This document shows, piece by piece, positions 36,530 to 51,000 of a DNA stretch of 64,000 bases. A program made the position numbers and the translations under genes. Position 1 is the first letter of the stretch, and each line of letters opens with the position of its first letter. The notes under the pieces were generated by a model. The model was not told the DNA's origin and did not search any database. It saw nothing but the letters and a program-made list of their open reading frames with translations. The stretch is from Callorhinchus milii (taxonomy: Eukaryota): assembly GCF_018977255.1 (NCBI RefSeq), contig NW_024704743.1, positions 68,202,001-68,266,000 on the forward strand. Direction: 5' to 3'.

Positions 36530-38439
36530 AAGTCCTGTAGCTCAGTGGTTAGAGCACTCTGGAACATAAGAATGTAGGAACAGGAGTAGCCAATTCAGCT
36601 CATCGAGCCTGTCCCACCACTTTACAAGATCGTGGCTGATTCACAACTCCGTTCCACTTTCCCGTGATCTCTCCATATCCTTTGATACCCCTGTCTATCA
36701 AGCATATATCTCTTTGTCTTTTAAATTTTTCAATTGTTGATGGCCAATGTGACTTCACTCCTTCTGAGGTGGTTGCCACAAATTGCTGTTGGCCATAATA
36801 GATTCTGTAGTGAACACGAGTGCAATCCAATTCAATCCCACTGGCCCGCTTTCTCTCCATAGCCCTGCAATCCTGTCCTCCCCAAATACCCATCTACTTC
36901 TCTCTTAAAAGTCAAATATAGTCCATTCATTTTCAGTATATTCTGTGAAGCGCTTTGAGACGTCTCGAAGATATGATAAGGCGCTATATCAAATGCAAAG
37001 ATTATTTTTATTATATTCTGCGAAGCACTTAGAGACATCTCAACGACGTGATGAGGAGCTACATCAAATTTAAGGATTATTATTATTGTCCTCTGCTTCT
37101 TTACACTTCTGACAAGATTGTTGTTAAAGCTACACCGAACAATGTGACATTTGCAATGACATTTACATGTTGTTGCGTTCCGGTCTTCAGAATGATTTTC
37201 CACCACTGTCTTGAGTGCTGTTCACAATTGATCGCTCTCAACAATTTGCAAAGGAACATTTTCTAATCATTTTAGTTAATGTAAAATAATGTAATTGTGA
37301 TTTTACTGTTTAGCGTCAGATTTTACTGTTTAGCATCAGAAGTGCAGATTTCACAAGAGGTCTCCTCAACTCGAGACGGTGTTTTGCATGCACTCCTCAA
37401 ATATGCGACTGTACATTTTGTTTCCTGTTATTGAAGACCCATGAAGATGAAAGGGTAGGCTTACATTGGCTATAATGGGAAGCCAATTTGATAGGTAGAA
37501 TAGCAAGCAACTGGCTAATGGAAGTCACAGTACTTCAACTATAATTGACAACCACTTTATTCGATGCAGTGTGTGTTTCAGTTCTAAGCCATTTATCCCC
37601 AGTAATACCTCATACCATTTTTAAATTTTTTTATCTCAAGTTGACAAAGGCTCCACTGAAGCAGCAATAAGTCTTGTGCTATATTAGCATTGTTTTTGTG
37701 CGAGAGAATATCTGATGACAGTTCAGTCCAGCTCTGGAGAAAACAAATCTGGCATCTTATTTAATTTGCATATATTGACTTATGGCATGAAACAAGAAAC
37801 GTGACTATAAACGTTGTATTGTATAGTTGGATGACAGTGAAACCTGCCAGAGGCATTCATACTTTGAGCATTGAATAGTTTGTTATAGCCCTTTTAGTTT
37901 GTTAGCTAGTGACAATAAACATGCAAGTAGACATTAGGGCATCTTCACTCCAGTGAAATTCTCTTTATATTTTAAATATCATTCGTTCTGCCCACTTTTT
38001 AATTTTCATTTGTTAGTCACTGTAGAGTATTAAACACCAGTTTTGCTGAATAGAAACGCAGAAGTTCACAGTGCGGAAGGTTATGTTTTTATCCATTGTC
38101 TGTGTGCCTTGAGCTCAAAATCTCAGGATATGTTCAAGCAACTGCTTAAAAACATCTTAATTTTGATCCTGGTGGCTTCTTGCTCTATGCCAGCCCCAGA
38201 GTTATCTCAGAAGATGTCAGTCATTGGTTAGGAAATGTGAATGTCACACAAGCGGTTCGGATGAAGAAGCCCCTTTGGCCCATTTGATCTCATCCCTCCA
38301 GGATACCCACCTTACTGTCCTCCTATCACAGTATCAGGCTGATTCTTAAATGAGTCCAACATCCTAGCCTCGAACACTTATCCTGGTAACCTGCTTCAGT
38401 TGCTAATTACCCTCCAGGTAATTGCTTCTGGGTGTCTGT

Positions 38440-39478
38440 CCTTAAGGTCTTGTGCAGGGAGTGCAGAGGAGATTTACAAAAATAATTCCAGAAAGGGGCT
38501 TTAGTTATGAGGGAAGATTGGAGAAATTGAGTCTATTTTATAATAATAATACTTGCATTTAATAATGCATCTTATGTCGTTGAGATGTCTCCATTTTCTT
38601 TGGAGCAGAGAAGATTAAGACTGCGGAAACATTCCTTCATTAAGTGAATAGTAAACGTATGGAACAGGCTCCCTAGGTAGACAGTGGAAGCAGAAAGTGT
38701 CTGTTTGTTTCAAGAACAAATTTCCACTGGCTTGTTGTTGTGAGATAGTCACAAGAAGAGCTTTGGTACATTTTTTTCATTCCTTGAGTTGTTGGGATGT
38801 GGAATTCCCTGTCAAGTAAGGTGGTAGAGACAGAGTTTATTGTGAATTCCAAGAAGGAGGTATTGAGATAATCCACAAAAATGCTGTAGTCACAATTATA
38901 ACATAGCCAAAAGAATAGTGAAAGGACTTTAAAGGAAATTTTTCATGCAGAGATTTGTTGGGATGTGGAACGCTCTGCCGAGTAGGGTAGTGGAAACGGG
39001 GTCCGTAGTAGTTTTCAAGAGGGAAGTAGATCTGCCTGCTCCCTCCGTTCATCGGGCTCCGACCTGCTCCATGTCTCCCACCCGACCGGCCCTACCATCG
39101 GTGGCCGGGCTTTCAGCCGCTCTGCCCCCACACTCTGGAACTCCATCCCACAGTCCTTTCACCTCGCTTCCTTTTTCCCTTACCTCCTTCAAAACCGGTC
39201 TGAAGACCCTTCTCTTCGACCGTGCCTTTGATCTCCCTCCTACCTCTCTGCCTTCCCTCACCCCTACACCACCCCTCCCCCATGCTCGGGCTCCGATACC
39301 TGACTGTTCAGCGCTTTGGACGTCCTCCCAACGTGAGAGGTGCTCTATAAATGTAATTTTGCTGTTGTAGACAGCGAAGGGCTTGAAGGCAGGGAGGTGG
39401 GATTGAATTAATCTTCTTGCTCTGTGAGCTGGTGCAGACTCGATGTGCCAAATGGCCTCCTTCTGCACTGTAGATCTC
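38440..39478 (+). mobile_element. Cluster of CR1 3' fragments with nested L2/SINE pieces
   Basis: VQRRFTKIIP and FMQRFVGMWNALPSRVVE segments; 3' UTR CCAAATGGCCTCCTTCTG. Confidence 0.75.
39030..39368 (+). mobile_element. L2 LINE 3' end nested in a CR1 3' end
   Basis: SFKTGLKTLLFDRAF plus the L2 tail; CR1 sequence resumes on both sides with GTAGA duplicated. Confidence 0.85.
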
Positions 39479-40769
39479 TATGTTTCAGTGTAACCTAATA
39501 CTGTTCACCAGCTTACGTTCATGGAGTTCAGGTCAGAAAGACAATTATATAGCTCCAAATCGTTATTTCTGTTTCATTGGAATCTACAAGAATACTACCG
39601 TAAACCCCAATCCGTTATATGGTGGAACTTGGGAGTTCATAAAATTGCATCGTACCTTATAACTGTGTGAGATCAAGTGACTGCAGGTCAGCGCACAGCA
39701 CAGCGCATACATGCAGAAAGCTGACTTGCTTCCTGTGCTAAAATATGTCGGACCTCCAGGTCATCAGATTGCTGCCAGTGTCACTTCCTGTGTGCAAACT
39801 TCCTCTCTGGGTGTCATGGCAGTCTTTGGATTGGCATTGCATCTGTAGATGATAATGCAATATATATAGTAAACTTCAGAAAAACATCTATACATGTCCA
39901 CTTCCTAAAATAGTCACCTCGTCTGTTTATCATTGTTACTAAAGCTAGAAGGATAATGTTAAGCAGCAGACCTGATGGTTTCAGCTTGTGCACAGACCTC
40001 GGGCATGCAACACACATACTTTACTGAATATGCTGATTGATAATTGCAATTGCAGTACTGTGTTGTTCAATTATTTAGTTCCTAGATATGAGGGAGTGTG
40101 TGGAACAGAACAGACATGATTTGTGCATCCTTCATGGGAGCACAACCAAGCCTCACCTAACCAGCAAGTTTCAATTCATTTTACCCATTGTGGAAGAAGC
40201 AGCTCTGAGCTAATGAGATGTCAGACTCGATCAAATGTGACAATTATATTTCTCTGTTATTTAGCAAAATACTATGGAGATAGTACAGAATAGGTGCATG
40301 CAGATGGTTCTATGGATGAGAGATTAGTGTTTTGAAAAGTACAAAAGGGCTGTTATTGCTGGAATAGAGATTGAAGAATAATAAAGATCTTTATCAAAAT
40401 TTTGAAAAGATTTGGGAGGATAAATATTGAAAAATTATATCTACTGGCTGGTAAATGGATAACAAGGGAACATACATTTAGGATTCTCAGGAAGAATTGC
40501 AGGAGAAATGAGGATTATTGTAAAGCGTTCCAGTGGAGGAGCTCGCAGCCAGCATAGATTTGATGAGCTGAATTGGCCCCTCCTGTGATGCAAGTTCTAT
40601 AATTTTCTACGACATTAGCCTTTCCTTTCTCTTGTCTCCTTTCACCTCTCGTCTTCTCTCCTTGCCCCTACCTCCCACTCTCTCACTCTCACCTTGTCTT
40701 TTACTCTCTCAAACTCACTGCCTCATTCTCACACCCTCCCGCTCTGCAGCTCATCTCCTCTCCTCTCCC

Positions 40770-41201
40770 GCACCAAGCTCCCATCCCTGAGAGGATCGAG
40801 TTTAAAATCCTCGTCTCACTTTTAAAGCCCTCTGTGGTCTTATCTCCTACCTACTTCTGCGATCTCTTAACACCATACCATCCTGTCCGCTCTCTCCATT
40901 CGGCGGGTCCTGGCCTCCTTCACGTCCCCCGCCCTGCCAGCCCAACTGTTGGCGGACTGGCCTTCAGCTTTCTTGCCTCCACCCTCAGGAACTCCACCCT
41001 GAATCCCTCCCTCGCCTCCTTCAAGGCCTGTCTCAAGACCTTCCACTTTGACCATGCCTTCGGCCACACTCCTACCCCTCTCCCTCTATCCTCGAGTTCT
41101 CCTGATCCCAAACCCCAGCTCAGGTGCAAATCCTTAAATGTCCAGTGCCTTGGAATGTCCTTCCGACATTAAAGGCGCTATACAAATGTCATTTATTGTT
41201 G
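40770..41201 (+). mobile_element. L2 LINE 3' fragment
   Basis: GGLAFSFLAS...SFKACLKTFHFDHAF plus tail. Confidence 0.82.
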
Positions 41202-42663
41202 TTCTTCCAACATGAAAGGAGCTATACACATGCAAGCGTTGTTATTTATTATATTAATGCCCACATTTATCTGTTTTACTGATGTTAATGTAAAATAACA
41301 TTAAATGCCCTTTCAAATTCATTGAACAATAATCAAAGAGATAAAAATGCTTTTAGTGTTTCAGTGTTACCTAATAGGTCATAAATATGATGATTCTACC
41401 ATAAACCATTTGAATACAGCCAATCTGCTGACCAGGAAAAAAAAGGTTCTCTATGTGAGGATCAGGCGTTGGATTAGCTCAGTTAGTAGCACTCTCACCT
41501 CTTGAGTCAGGAGGTTGCGAGTTCAAGACAGAGATGCTCGTCAATTGTATAGACTCTCAGATAAACCAAGACAACAAAACAAAAGGATAGAAGCTTAGGG
41601 TGGCGGAGGGGATACCAGCAAGGGTGGTCAAGGCTAGAATACTGGACTAATTTAAGAAACAGCTTGATGCCGCGATGGCAAAACAGTAGGATTGATATTC
41701 TGGAAGGAATGAACGAAATCAATGAATGAGATTTCTTCATGAGATTTGTAAACTTATCCAGCTGTATCTGCTGGTTCCTCGATTAAATTAAATTAAATAG
41801 TATTGTTATTGGACGTCATGATGGATAACATAAGAATACAAGATCCAATACAATTTATATTTCTAAAGCACCTTTCACATCAGGAGGACATCCCAAAAGG
41901 CATTCACAATGATGGATGAGCAGTCCAGCTAGTGGTGGGAGGTGGGAAGGGGAAAGGTGGCCGAAAGCGGAGTCGAAGATGTGCGTTTTGAGATGTGCCT
42001 TAAAACATTGGAGTTGGGCAGAACCTCCCCCGCCCCTCTTCTCTCCCTCCTCTCTTCCCCCATCTCCCACCTCTCCCCCTTTCTCTCCTCTCTCCTCACT
42101 CCCCCTCCCTCACCACACCCCCCACCCTCAATCTTCCAACTAGCGTACGGTTCACTATCTGCAGGGCAGGAGCCGGAGGTTGCTAAAGACGCAGTGGATA
42201 AGGAGAAGCACTTGCCTTCCCCTCAACTCGGAAACACACTGCAGTAACAGGCGGCCTTATTTCCAATCTCCGCACTGTGTCCTCCCAACCACTGGCTCCT
42301 GCTGCTGCCCTGAGAGGATGTTCACTGGGGAGGGAGAGTTCTGAAGTGTTGGAAATCGTCTCAGGCTGAAAAGAAACACCCGCCGGGTCCCTGTTGACCA
42401 CCCTGCTCTAATTATAAAGCAGAAGACCTCCTTAGTACAATTCTTTTCGACATCTGTTCTGTGTTGCCCATTGTTACCAAGTAGATGAGAACTGAACTAC
42501 AACAGGGGTATGGCCTGTCCAAGCCACTACTAATTTATTGTGATTCGTATCTGACTGAATACACCAGGAACGTCTGCAGAAATTGTGCTGCATTTCCAAG
42601 GATGAAAGCAAACTTGCTTGGGATCATCTTTTGTCCTTTTTTATCTCGGCTTGTTTTATATAG

Positions 42664-42733
42664 CTGCTGTTCGAGCGTGTGCTGATGGGGGAGCAAATGA
42701 ACTTCATCATCATACAAACGGAATGCAAGAGAG
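42664..42733 (+). CDS. TPK1: TPK1 coding exon 3 (AAVRACADGGANELHHHTNGMQE)
   Basis: Acceptor TTTTATATAG, donor GAG|GTAAAG, 70 nt, phase 1 to 2. Contains the TPK motif ADGGAN. Confidence 0.96.
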
Positions 42734-43269
42734 GTAAAGCTAATGGCTGTTTCAGTTCTTCAACTATCAAAGTCTTTGTTAATTGCAGAGTTGTCTGATC
42801 CTTCTGAGGGAAAAGATGAATTCCTATATAAAAGTAATTCTGTCGTATCTTATTAAAATGGAAAAATTGGGTATAACAAAAACACTAATCAGTCAGAGAA
42901 ATCAAGGAGAGGAGCAAAGTCTTTTACATCTATGACTTTCTTCATCAGTCAGTGTCAGTCACTCTGATTACATTTACCCTTGTCACAGGTGAAAAGGACA
43001 GAGCTGGCTGATAAATGTTCATGTTTCCACTGCTTAAAAAATATTTATGAGCAGTCTGCCTTCAGGAAATTCAGAGTTTGCTGCAATAGCCTTCCTTCAT
43101 TGTTTGTTTAGAAAAAATACACTTCACAATATGATAACTTTTCTTTCGCTGTGCAGAATATGTATGTGCCAGGCCAGCAGATATAGTGGAGTTGCCAGGA
43201 GGCTGAATCCTCCTTTAAAACAATTCAATACAAAACTACAATACAACATTTATATTTGTAAAGCGCCTT

Positions 43270-44368
43270 TAATAATCCTTGCATTTGATATAGCGCTTTT
43301 CACATCGGGAGGACGTCCCAAGGCGCTAGATCGTCAGTGATCTGGGCCCGAGCAGGGGGTTGGGTCAGGAGGGTGGAGGGTAGCGAGGATACGGAGGTGG
43401 GGGAAGGCAAAGCGGTTCATGGCATGGATATGGGAGAGAAAGGACAGTTGAAGGTCGAACAATACGCCCAAGTTCCTGACTGGTTTGGTGAGGTTGAGTG
43501 TGCATCCGTGGATGCTGATGCTGCCAGTGCCTGAGGTGTGGAAGCGCTAGCGCGAGCCAATCAGGAGGGCCTCGGTCTTGGTCACATTCAGCTGTAGAAA
43601 GTTGTTTTTTATCCAGAACCTGATATCTGACAGATAGTCTGTCAAGACGTCAGATGTCCTGGATTCGAGGGTGGAAGCAGAGAGATAAAGTTGGGTGTCA
43701 TCCGCGTACGTGTGGAAGTTGACCCCGTAACTGCGGATGATTTCACCAAAGGGGAGCATGTAGAGGTTGAAAAGGAGGGGACCGAGGACAGAGCCCTGAG
43801 GAACACTGCACGAGACTGCGGAGGCTGGAAGGGAAACCGTTGGCGGAGACAAATTGGAAACGGTGTGAGAGATAAGACCTGAACCATTCAAGGAAAGAAC
43901 CTTGAAGATTGAGGTGAGAGGAGAGGCGGTGGAGGAGGATGGAGTGATCCCAGGGTATTTGAAGGCAGCAGAGAGGTCGAGGAGAATGAGGAGGCAGAGG
44001 GAGCCCTGGTCACAGATGGACAGGATGTCATTTGTCGCCTTGAAGTTCAGAGCAGTTTCTGTACTGTGAGCAGCAGCTGATTGGAGGGGCTCGTGAAGGG
44101 AGTCGTAGGAGAGAAATGAGCAAAGCTGGGAAGTAACAACACTTTCAAGGAAAGTCAAGGGAGGTTGGAGATGGGCCGGTAGTTAGAAAACAGGGATGGG
44201 TCCAGGGAAGGTTTTTTCAGGATGGGGGTTATTATAGCTGTTTTTAGGGGATAGGAACGGTGCCAGATGATAAAGAGAGATTGATAGTGTCGGAGAGTAG
44301 AGGTGGCGAGGAGGTGGAGCTGGGAGGTAAGGAGAGGGCTGAGGATGAGCTCAAGGGAGCAGGTGGTG
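43270..44368 (-). mobile_element. L2 LINE reverse-transcriptase fragment (frameshifted)
   Basis: HSTETAL, LLDLSAAF, VPQGSVLGPLLFNLYM, YADDTQLYLS and LQLNVTKTEALL motifs in ORF 43547-44158. Confidence 0.93.
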
Positions 44369-44649
44369 TGTAAAGCAGTCCCAGCTGGAGTACTATTGTG
44401 TTTTTATTATTATTATCTTAAGATTTAAATTCCTCTGCCTTGCCGCCTGCTTATCAGTCTTCAGATTGTACCTTACTCTTTGACTGTGCCTACAGTCACC
44501 TTCCCTCTTCCTAGTTTGTTGTCAAACTGCAACTGTTAAGCACTTCGAGACACTACCTCATGTGAAGGGCACTGTGTAAATGCAAGTTGTTGAATCTGAA
44601 ATGACAAATGTGGGGTGAAAAATGTGAAATTTCAAAACTGGTTCAACAT

Positions 44650-45440
44650 AATAACAACAACAATTCACATTTAGTGCCTTTCATGTGAGGAGCTCATCTC
44701 AAAGCACTTCACACAGCTGATTGGGAGTCCAAGCTGGGGGGGTGGTTGGTGGGAAGGTGGCCGAAAGTGCAGTCAAAAGAATGGGTATTGGGAGGATTTT
44801 GAAAGTAGGAAGGGAGAGGCCAAGTTGGAGGGAATCTGGGATGGAATTCCAGAGAGCAGAGGCAGAATGACTGAAAGCTCGCTACCGATAGTCAGGTGGA
44901 TTATGCAGAGGACATGAAGGAGGCCAGGGGTTTGCTGAGAGGGAGCGGACAGGACATGAGGGTGGAAGAAAGTTGCGCAGGTTGGTTGTGGCAAGATCAG
45001 AGAGTTTTGAGCATTAATGACAAGGAGCTTGAATTTGATCTACTGGGGAATGGGAGCCAGTGGAGCCGAGCATGGGTTAGATGGACTTGCAGAACTTGGC
45101 GTGGGGTACATGAGGTAGGTTAGCAACTGTGCAGATCTATGTGATTTGTGCCTAAGGAGAGAAGGTGTTGATTGGAGCCAAGCAGGAGAGCCTCAGTCTA
45201 GTCAATATTTACCTGTAGGAAGTTAGAATTAATCCAGGACTTGATATGACAGGAAATCGGCCATAACAGCATTGGTCCTGAAATTAAGGGTAGAGGCAGA
45301 GATAGTTGTGTCTCATCCATGTGTATGTGGAAGTATAGTAACTTAACTCTGCAGGAGAATATTAGATGTTGAAAAGGAGAGGCCTGAGTATAGAGCTCTG
45401 AGGAATACAACAAGTGACTGCTTTGTGGCAGGAGGAGAAG
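44650..45440 (-). mobile_element. Old L2 LINE fragment
   Basis: Degenerate HMDETQLSL and IKSWINSNFLQVN segments plus a 3' tail. Confidence 0.7.
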
Positions 45441-47034
45441 CTATTGGAAGAGAACATAGCCACAGAACTGAACACCGCATCTCCCTGCCACCTTGGACTT
45501 GGTAACATGATTGACCCAAAGATATCTCCATTCGATCGCTGCTCCCAATCATTCCAATATGCATTAGAGTGCAGTTAAGATAGGAATACCACCTTAATGA
45601 TATTGTGTTCTGTGAAGCAATCAAATGCTGGTTTCGGGTTTGGATAAAGAAATCAGACCTGTTTAACAATATCCGACACAGCCATAGGTTTCCCTTCAGG
45701 AGGAAGCTGTTATGCCGAAGTCGGTGGGAGGGTGGGGGAGTGCTTAATTTCATGGCCTGGCTTTTGGAATGGCTGGAAAAATGTGACATTTTGTTACAGA
45801 TTCAACAGCAACAACTTGCAAGCATATAGCTCCCTTCAGGCGAGGTAGTGATCTGGAGCGCTTGATTCAGTGTGTGATAATCACATTGAATCTGCTATGA
45901 AATGCTGCATTTTTCACCTCGTAGTTGCTCTTTCTGGGTTTCTATTGATACAAGTGTATAAATTGATCTTGATTCTTAGATGCTGAACTGGATGTCACAC
46001 CGTGCCAGATTCAGGCACTGACAGTGGGGGAAGGATGGATGCACCTATTTAGCAATAGTGCCATACACGTAGTTTAAATGTGAAGAAAGTAATATCCATG
46101 TAATGTGACAGCAAAAGTTGACATTATGTGCAGATATTTGCCAAATTGAAGATAGTAAAAGACTAACTACCATAGGCTTTTCTGAAAGTTTAGTACAGAA
46201 GTGTCCTTTATATGCTGTTTATGGACTGCTGTTCCCTGGAGTATTAGAGGAGTTGCTTCTCAGAGGATCACACACTTCTTGTACATTTCCCTTTAATGCT
46301 GGGTATTGTTATTACAGTAATTGAATTAGAGTTGGTGTTTGGAGGATTTTGTATACAGCATGTGTTCGTGCCAATACAGAGAATTAATTATACATGCTAT
46401 CTCTAGACATGTCTGCAGAGGAGAATGACTACCTCAATTTGATGTAAAATATTCATTCTGAAATTGTTTTAAAAGACTATTTGGGTATTTATAGCATATA
46501 TGTGATGGCAAAAGAAGAATAGAAGTCTTATCATAGTAAAGCATTTGTGATGAGCCACCCAAAAAAACACATCCATTACAACAGGTCTTTTAAAGCTGTA
46601 CAAAGTGCCAGCAATACATATTGTGGTTCCCGAAGTAAAAAGGTACAGTTCAACTCATTTGGGGAGGGTGTGTGTTTCATGTTAATGTTAAACGACACTT
46701 TAATTTGCATTTAAAATTGCAATCCCTAACCTCTGCCTACATTGCAGAAGCCCAAGGAGAATTTGCTCTTCCAGCAAATGTCAGAAAACGCCTGGTTTTG
46801 TGTCATTTCCCTGAAGAAAATGTCATATTAATTGTTTTGGTGCCTGATTGCATTTTAGACTTGTTGAATAGTACAATGATACATGTGAAGAATTCCAGGG
46901 CTCTGTTGCCTGTGGTGTAGATCTGTTTCTGCATTTAGCTATCTCTGGACACTTGAAATTGTATTTGATCGCTTTTGAGGAAATAAACTATTTCCCATGT
47001 TAAGTGATTCTTTCTGTTACTGTTTCTTTTTCAG

Positions 47035-47107
47035 ATTTCTACCTCATTTCATCAGTGGAGATTTAGATTCCATTAGACCAGAAGTAAAAGAGTATTACCA
47101 AGTCAAG
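47035..47107 (+). CDS. TPK1: TPK1 coding exon 4 (RFLPHFISGDLDSIRPEVKEYYQVK)
   Basis: Acceptor TTTCTTTTTCAG, donor AAG|GTAAAA, 73 nt, phase 2 to 0. Contains the GDxDS catalytic motif. Confidence 0.97.
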
Positions 47108-47639
47108 GTAAAAGCATTTATGCTATATTGATCAGGAAGAAACCAATTGCAAATTACTGCATAATATTTTATGCCAGTGCTAGATTTAGATTTGACTCTT
47201 GAGTATTTATGATCCAGTCATTAAATAGAATCAGTTGCCAATATGTTTGAATGAATGTTCACAAGGGTAAGCAATAGTCCAGTAAAAGTTGTATTGGTTC
47301 CTTTTTTAAAAATCTATTGGCATTACAATATCAGATAAAGTACTTTTAGCAATAAAGACAAAAATCAAAGAGGAAATTTGAGTTGGACATAAGTACTCTT
47401 GAGGTATTTTGCCTACAAATATACAGTCACTCCATTTCACTGTAAATCCTGTGAAGTGCTTTAAGTCGTTCTTCCGATGTAATAAGGGAATATATAAAAT
47501 GCAAGGCTTATTATTATTTTCACAGCATTTAGCCTCTTGCACTCATAGCAATCATTTTTGGTCTTTGGCAGAATTTTAAGGTATCCAGTTAGTAGCTGTC
47601 ATTAGAAGCGTCTTGTGCAATTTCACCTTTGCAAATGAC

Positions 47640-48090
47640 AAGATTTGTTCGAATGAAGAAGGCTCTTTGACCCATTTAAACTCATTCTTCCAGAATGCCT
47701 GCCCTACGAATTTCCCAATACAGTGTCAAGCTGTTTCTTCAATTACTTCAGAGTCCTGCCTCAACCACTCTTCCTGGTAATCCATTTCAATCATTGATTA
47801 CCTGCTGTGCAAAGAAATACTTCATGCTGTCTATCCTAAAATTGTTTTGATCCTGTGCCCCCTTTTCCTGCTGCTTGGAGTATCTAAAATTCTGGATTTT
47901 ACTTCCTTAATCTAAATAGAACACCATGTATACCTCTGTAAGATTCTCTCTGTGACATCTCTTTTCAAGATTAAAGAGCCGTAGCTTATCTAGTCATTCC
48001 TTAAATTTAATTCATCCCTTAAACATTTGCGATCATCCTTGTTGCACTCTGTACCAGCTCCTAAGGCCTGAGCAACCCCCTTATATTGTG
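47640..48090 (-). mobile_element. Old CR1-like 3' fragment
   Basis: Similar to 38270-38430; degenerate QQVINDWNGLP remnant on the minus strand. Confidence 0.6.
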
Positions 48091-51000
48091 CAGATGCTAT
48101 AAATCACTGCTAGTGCTAAAATGCAAATGAATTATAACCAGACCTATTTTAGTGAAGTTTAGTATTTTATTCCAGTAGTGGAATGTGGAATGGAAAGAAT
48201 CACTTTTTGGATCACAACTTCTTCAACACTCCAGGAAGGAGCACAGGTCAACAACATCAGAAAACATCAAAATAACATATACCCAAACATACTAGGCAGT
48301 CTATGTGTTAAGCCCCCTCTTAATAGCCTGCAAAGGATGTTGCTTATTACCATGATATTTAGTTAATCTGCAGGCTGATGTGTTTCTGGACCTCGAATGT
48401 GCCCTAGTAGTAGTAGTGTGTGTGTGTGTGTATGTGTGCGAGGGGGTTTGGAGAGGGGAATCTATGAGTGATAGGTCCTCCCGAAAATAACGACAACAAA
48501 TTTATATAGCACGCTTCACATAGATTAACTTCTTGGTTCGTTGTACATTGACTAGGCTGGACACCAAATTTCAAACCTAGGACACACACATTGACTATGA
48601 ATCAGGAACTTAAATCATAATTGATCTTTTTCCTCTCCTATACCCTGGGCACACATCACATATATTTGTAGCAACTAACTCATTACAGTCAAGAATTGAA
48701 CTTGACACTTTCTTGGACTGTAGAGCTTATTAATTCACTGAATACATTTGCTGTGGCTTTTGGATGCCTTCCCTGCCTTCCTAGCTAGACTATTTTGAGT
48801 TGAGCAGAAGTCCCTATTGTATCTGTTTCAGAAAGTGATAATGAACTTCATTGGGATCTGCTTCCGAATAATTCTTGGTCTTAGTCAAATGGAAAAAATT
48901 CGGTAAAACTATATCTGTAGCATGATCATAAATCCATATTTGGAATTATATGACTTGGTGACTTGGTAAAGAGTAACACTGTACCAAAGCAGCAAGATAT
49001 AGAATGGCATCATTGTTAACATTAGAAAACAGCCGTGTAAAGAAGTCGGATTTGGAAAATTGCGAGGAAGGGCAGACAAGATTGTTAACAACTTAGATCA
49101 CTGAGTTATGAGGAGAGGCTCAGAAAGCTCTCTTTAATTTTATTATGAATGAAAGAATTGGGGGAGGAGGAGGGAGAAGATTATCATAAATCAAATGTTT
49201 CAAATTGCTAAGGAAATTCACAAGGTGGAAACTAAGAAGTTCTTTGTGCAGAACCAGAAGCATATAGGATCAGGATCATCATATCATTACATTCTATATT
49301 ATGGTAAAGACAAGAACAAAAGCAATAAAATTAATGAACTGTGTTTCAGAAGAGCAATTTTTATAGCCAGAAAAATGGAATTGGGAAAGATAAATTGGAA
49401 AATATATTGGCATGGGAAAACGCTATGCAGAAATGAAAAGCTTTCAAGGATGAAATGAAAGAGTTCAAATGAAATATATTGCTGTCAAACAACAAACATT
49501 TACAATCAAGGCTAGAGTTTAAATGTTCAAGTAGTGAGTTAACTGCGGGTATAAAGAATAAACAAATATTTTGAAGAAAGAGCAAGGGCAACTTCAACAG
49601 ATGCAGAAATAAATCAATAATTGCTAAAAGGATATTCAGGGTTGAGCAGAGAAAATGTGGATAAATAACTTGTGTGAGTATCATCTGAAGGTGTAAACTG
49701 TTTAAGAATTACAATGGCAGACATATTGGGCGTTTTAAGAATCAGTGAAAGGGAAACAGTGGCAGAAGTGAAGGACATTCAAGTTTTCAATAACTCATTA
49801 TCAGTATTCACGATAGATTTCAGTTGTAATCCAAATCCACTAACAAAATTGGCAGGGAGATGAAGTGGAAAAGGCTTGAAAACATGTTTGAAAAGAAAAG
49901 ATTTTGTTTCTCACAATTTCTTGCAGTATTGAATAAATGAAGAATGAATAGAAGTTTTTCAGAACAAAACTGATAAAAAACAACAACTTGCTTGTATATA
50001 GCGCCCCTCACGCAGGGTAGTGTCCCAATGGTGGAGCACGACTCCAAGCCGGAGGGAGGGGGAAGGTGACTGTAGGCATGGTCGAAGAGGAAGGTCTTCA
50101 GGCACGACCTGAAGATGGGGAAGGAAGGGGCAAGGCAGAGGAATAGAGGAAGAGTGTTCGGGGCGTAGTGGCTGAAAGCGCAAAACAGCTGATCTAAATT
50201 TGTCCTTGAGGCAGGATTCTGATAGAATATGCATCCGAAACATGGGTCACAAATATGGTTTGTTAACCAGGATGAACTAAATAACCCAAATGTAATTGTG
50301 TTGTTATGTTCTAGCCTCGGAGAGTGGAATCCAAGTACCTATTAGATTAATGAACATTGCTTACAGTTTTTAGTAAGGGTGGGTGCAGGGTGAGATGGGA
50401 GCCAGCAAAAAATATATTGACATCTATAGAATGTAATATGTGGAGGGTTTCTTCCCATTTATTTTGCCTATCCTGTTGTATGAATTATGATCCTCCGAGT
50501 CAAAAGATAGGTTCAAGCTGCACAACGGGACTTGGGATTCGGGACTCACAGTCCGTCTAAGCTGGCAAGCTGGTTTATCTGGTTAAACTTCAGTAATACT
50601 CCAATGCATACACTGAGGTCCAAAAGCTTTGGCTCTTCACGACATGTACCTAAACTTTCTGAGGTTAGGTAGGCAGGTGTGTCTCTCAGGGAGAAAGTGC
50701 CCATTCCATTCTGGACAAATGATAATTGTCTGCATATGTGCTACTCTCAGTACTCTAGAAACTCTGGATTATTATATATCACAAATAGAGAGATACTTAT
50801 CTATCACACTTTAACTGCAAGTTAACAGTTTTGAACAATTTGAGTTTACACAAATGCATGACCTTTCTACTAATCTTGTCCCACTCCTGTCTCCCGTTTT
50901 GTTTAGCTCCCTTATCTCTTTTCCCCTGTATATGAATTCTTTATTCAGATTGAAATGTCAGTTTACGTGAACTGCAGTTAGTTATATTCAGTGGGGTTGA

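Noticed and set aside
37300..37340. 20-bp tandem duplication (a similar one at about 32352-32386)
   Set aside because: Common slippage-type duplication with no further structure.
43547..44158. 203-aa reverse transcriptase as a functional gene or retron-like system
   Set aside because: Ordinary L2 ORF2 fragment with frameshifts and truncation.
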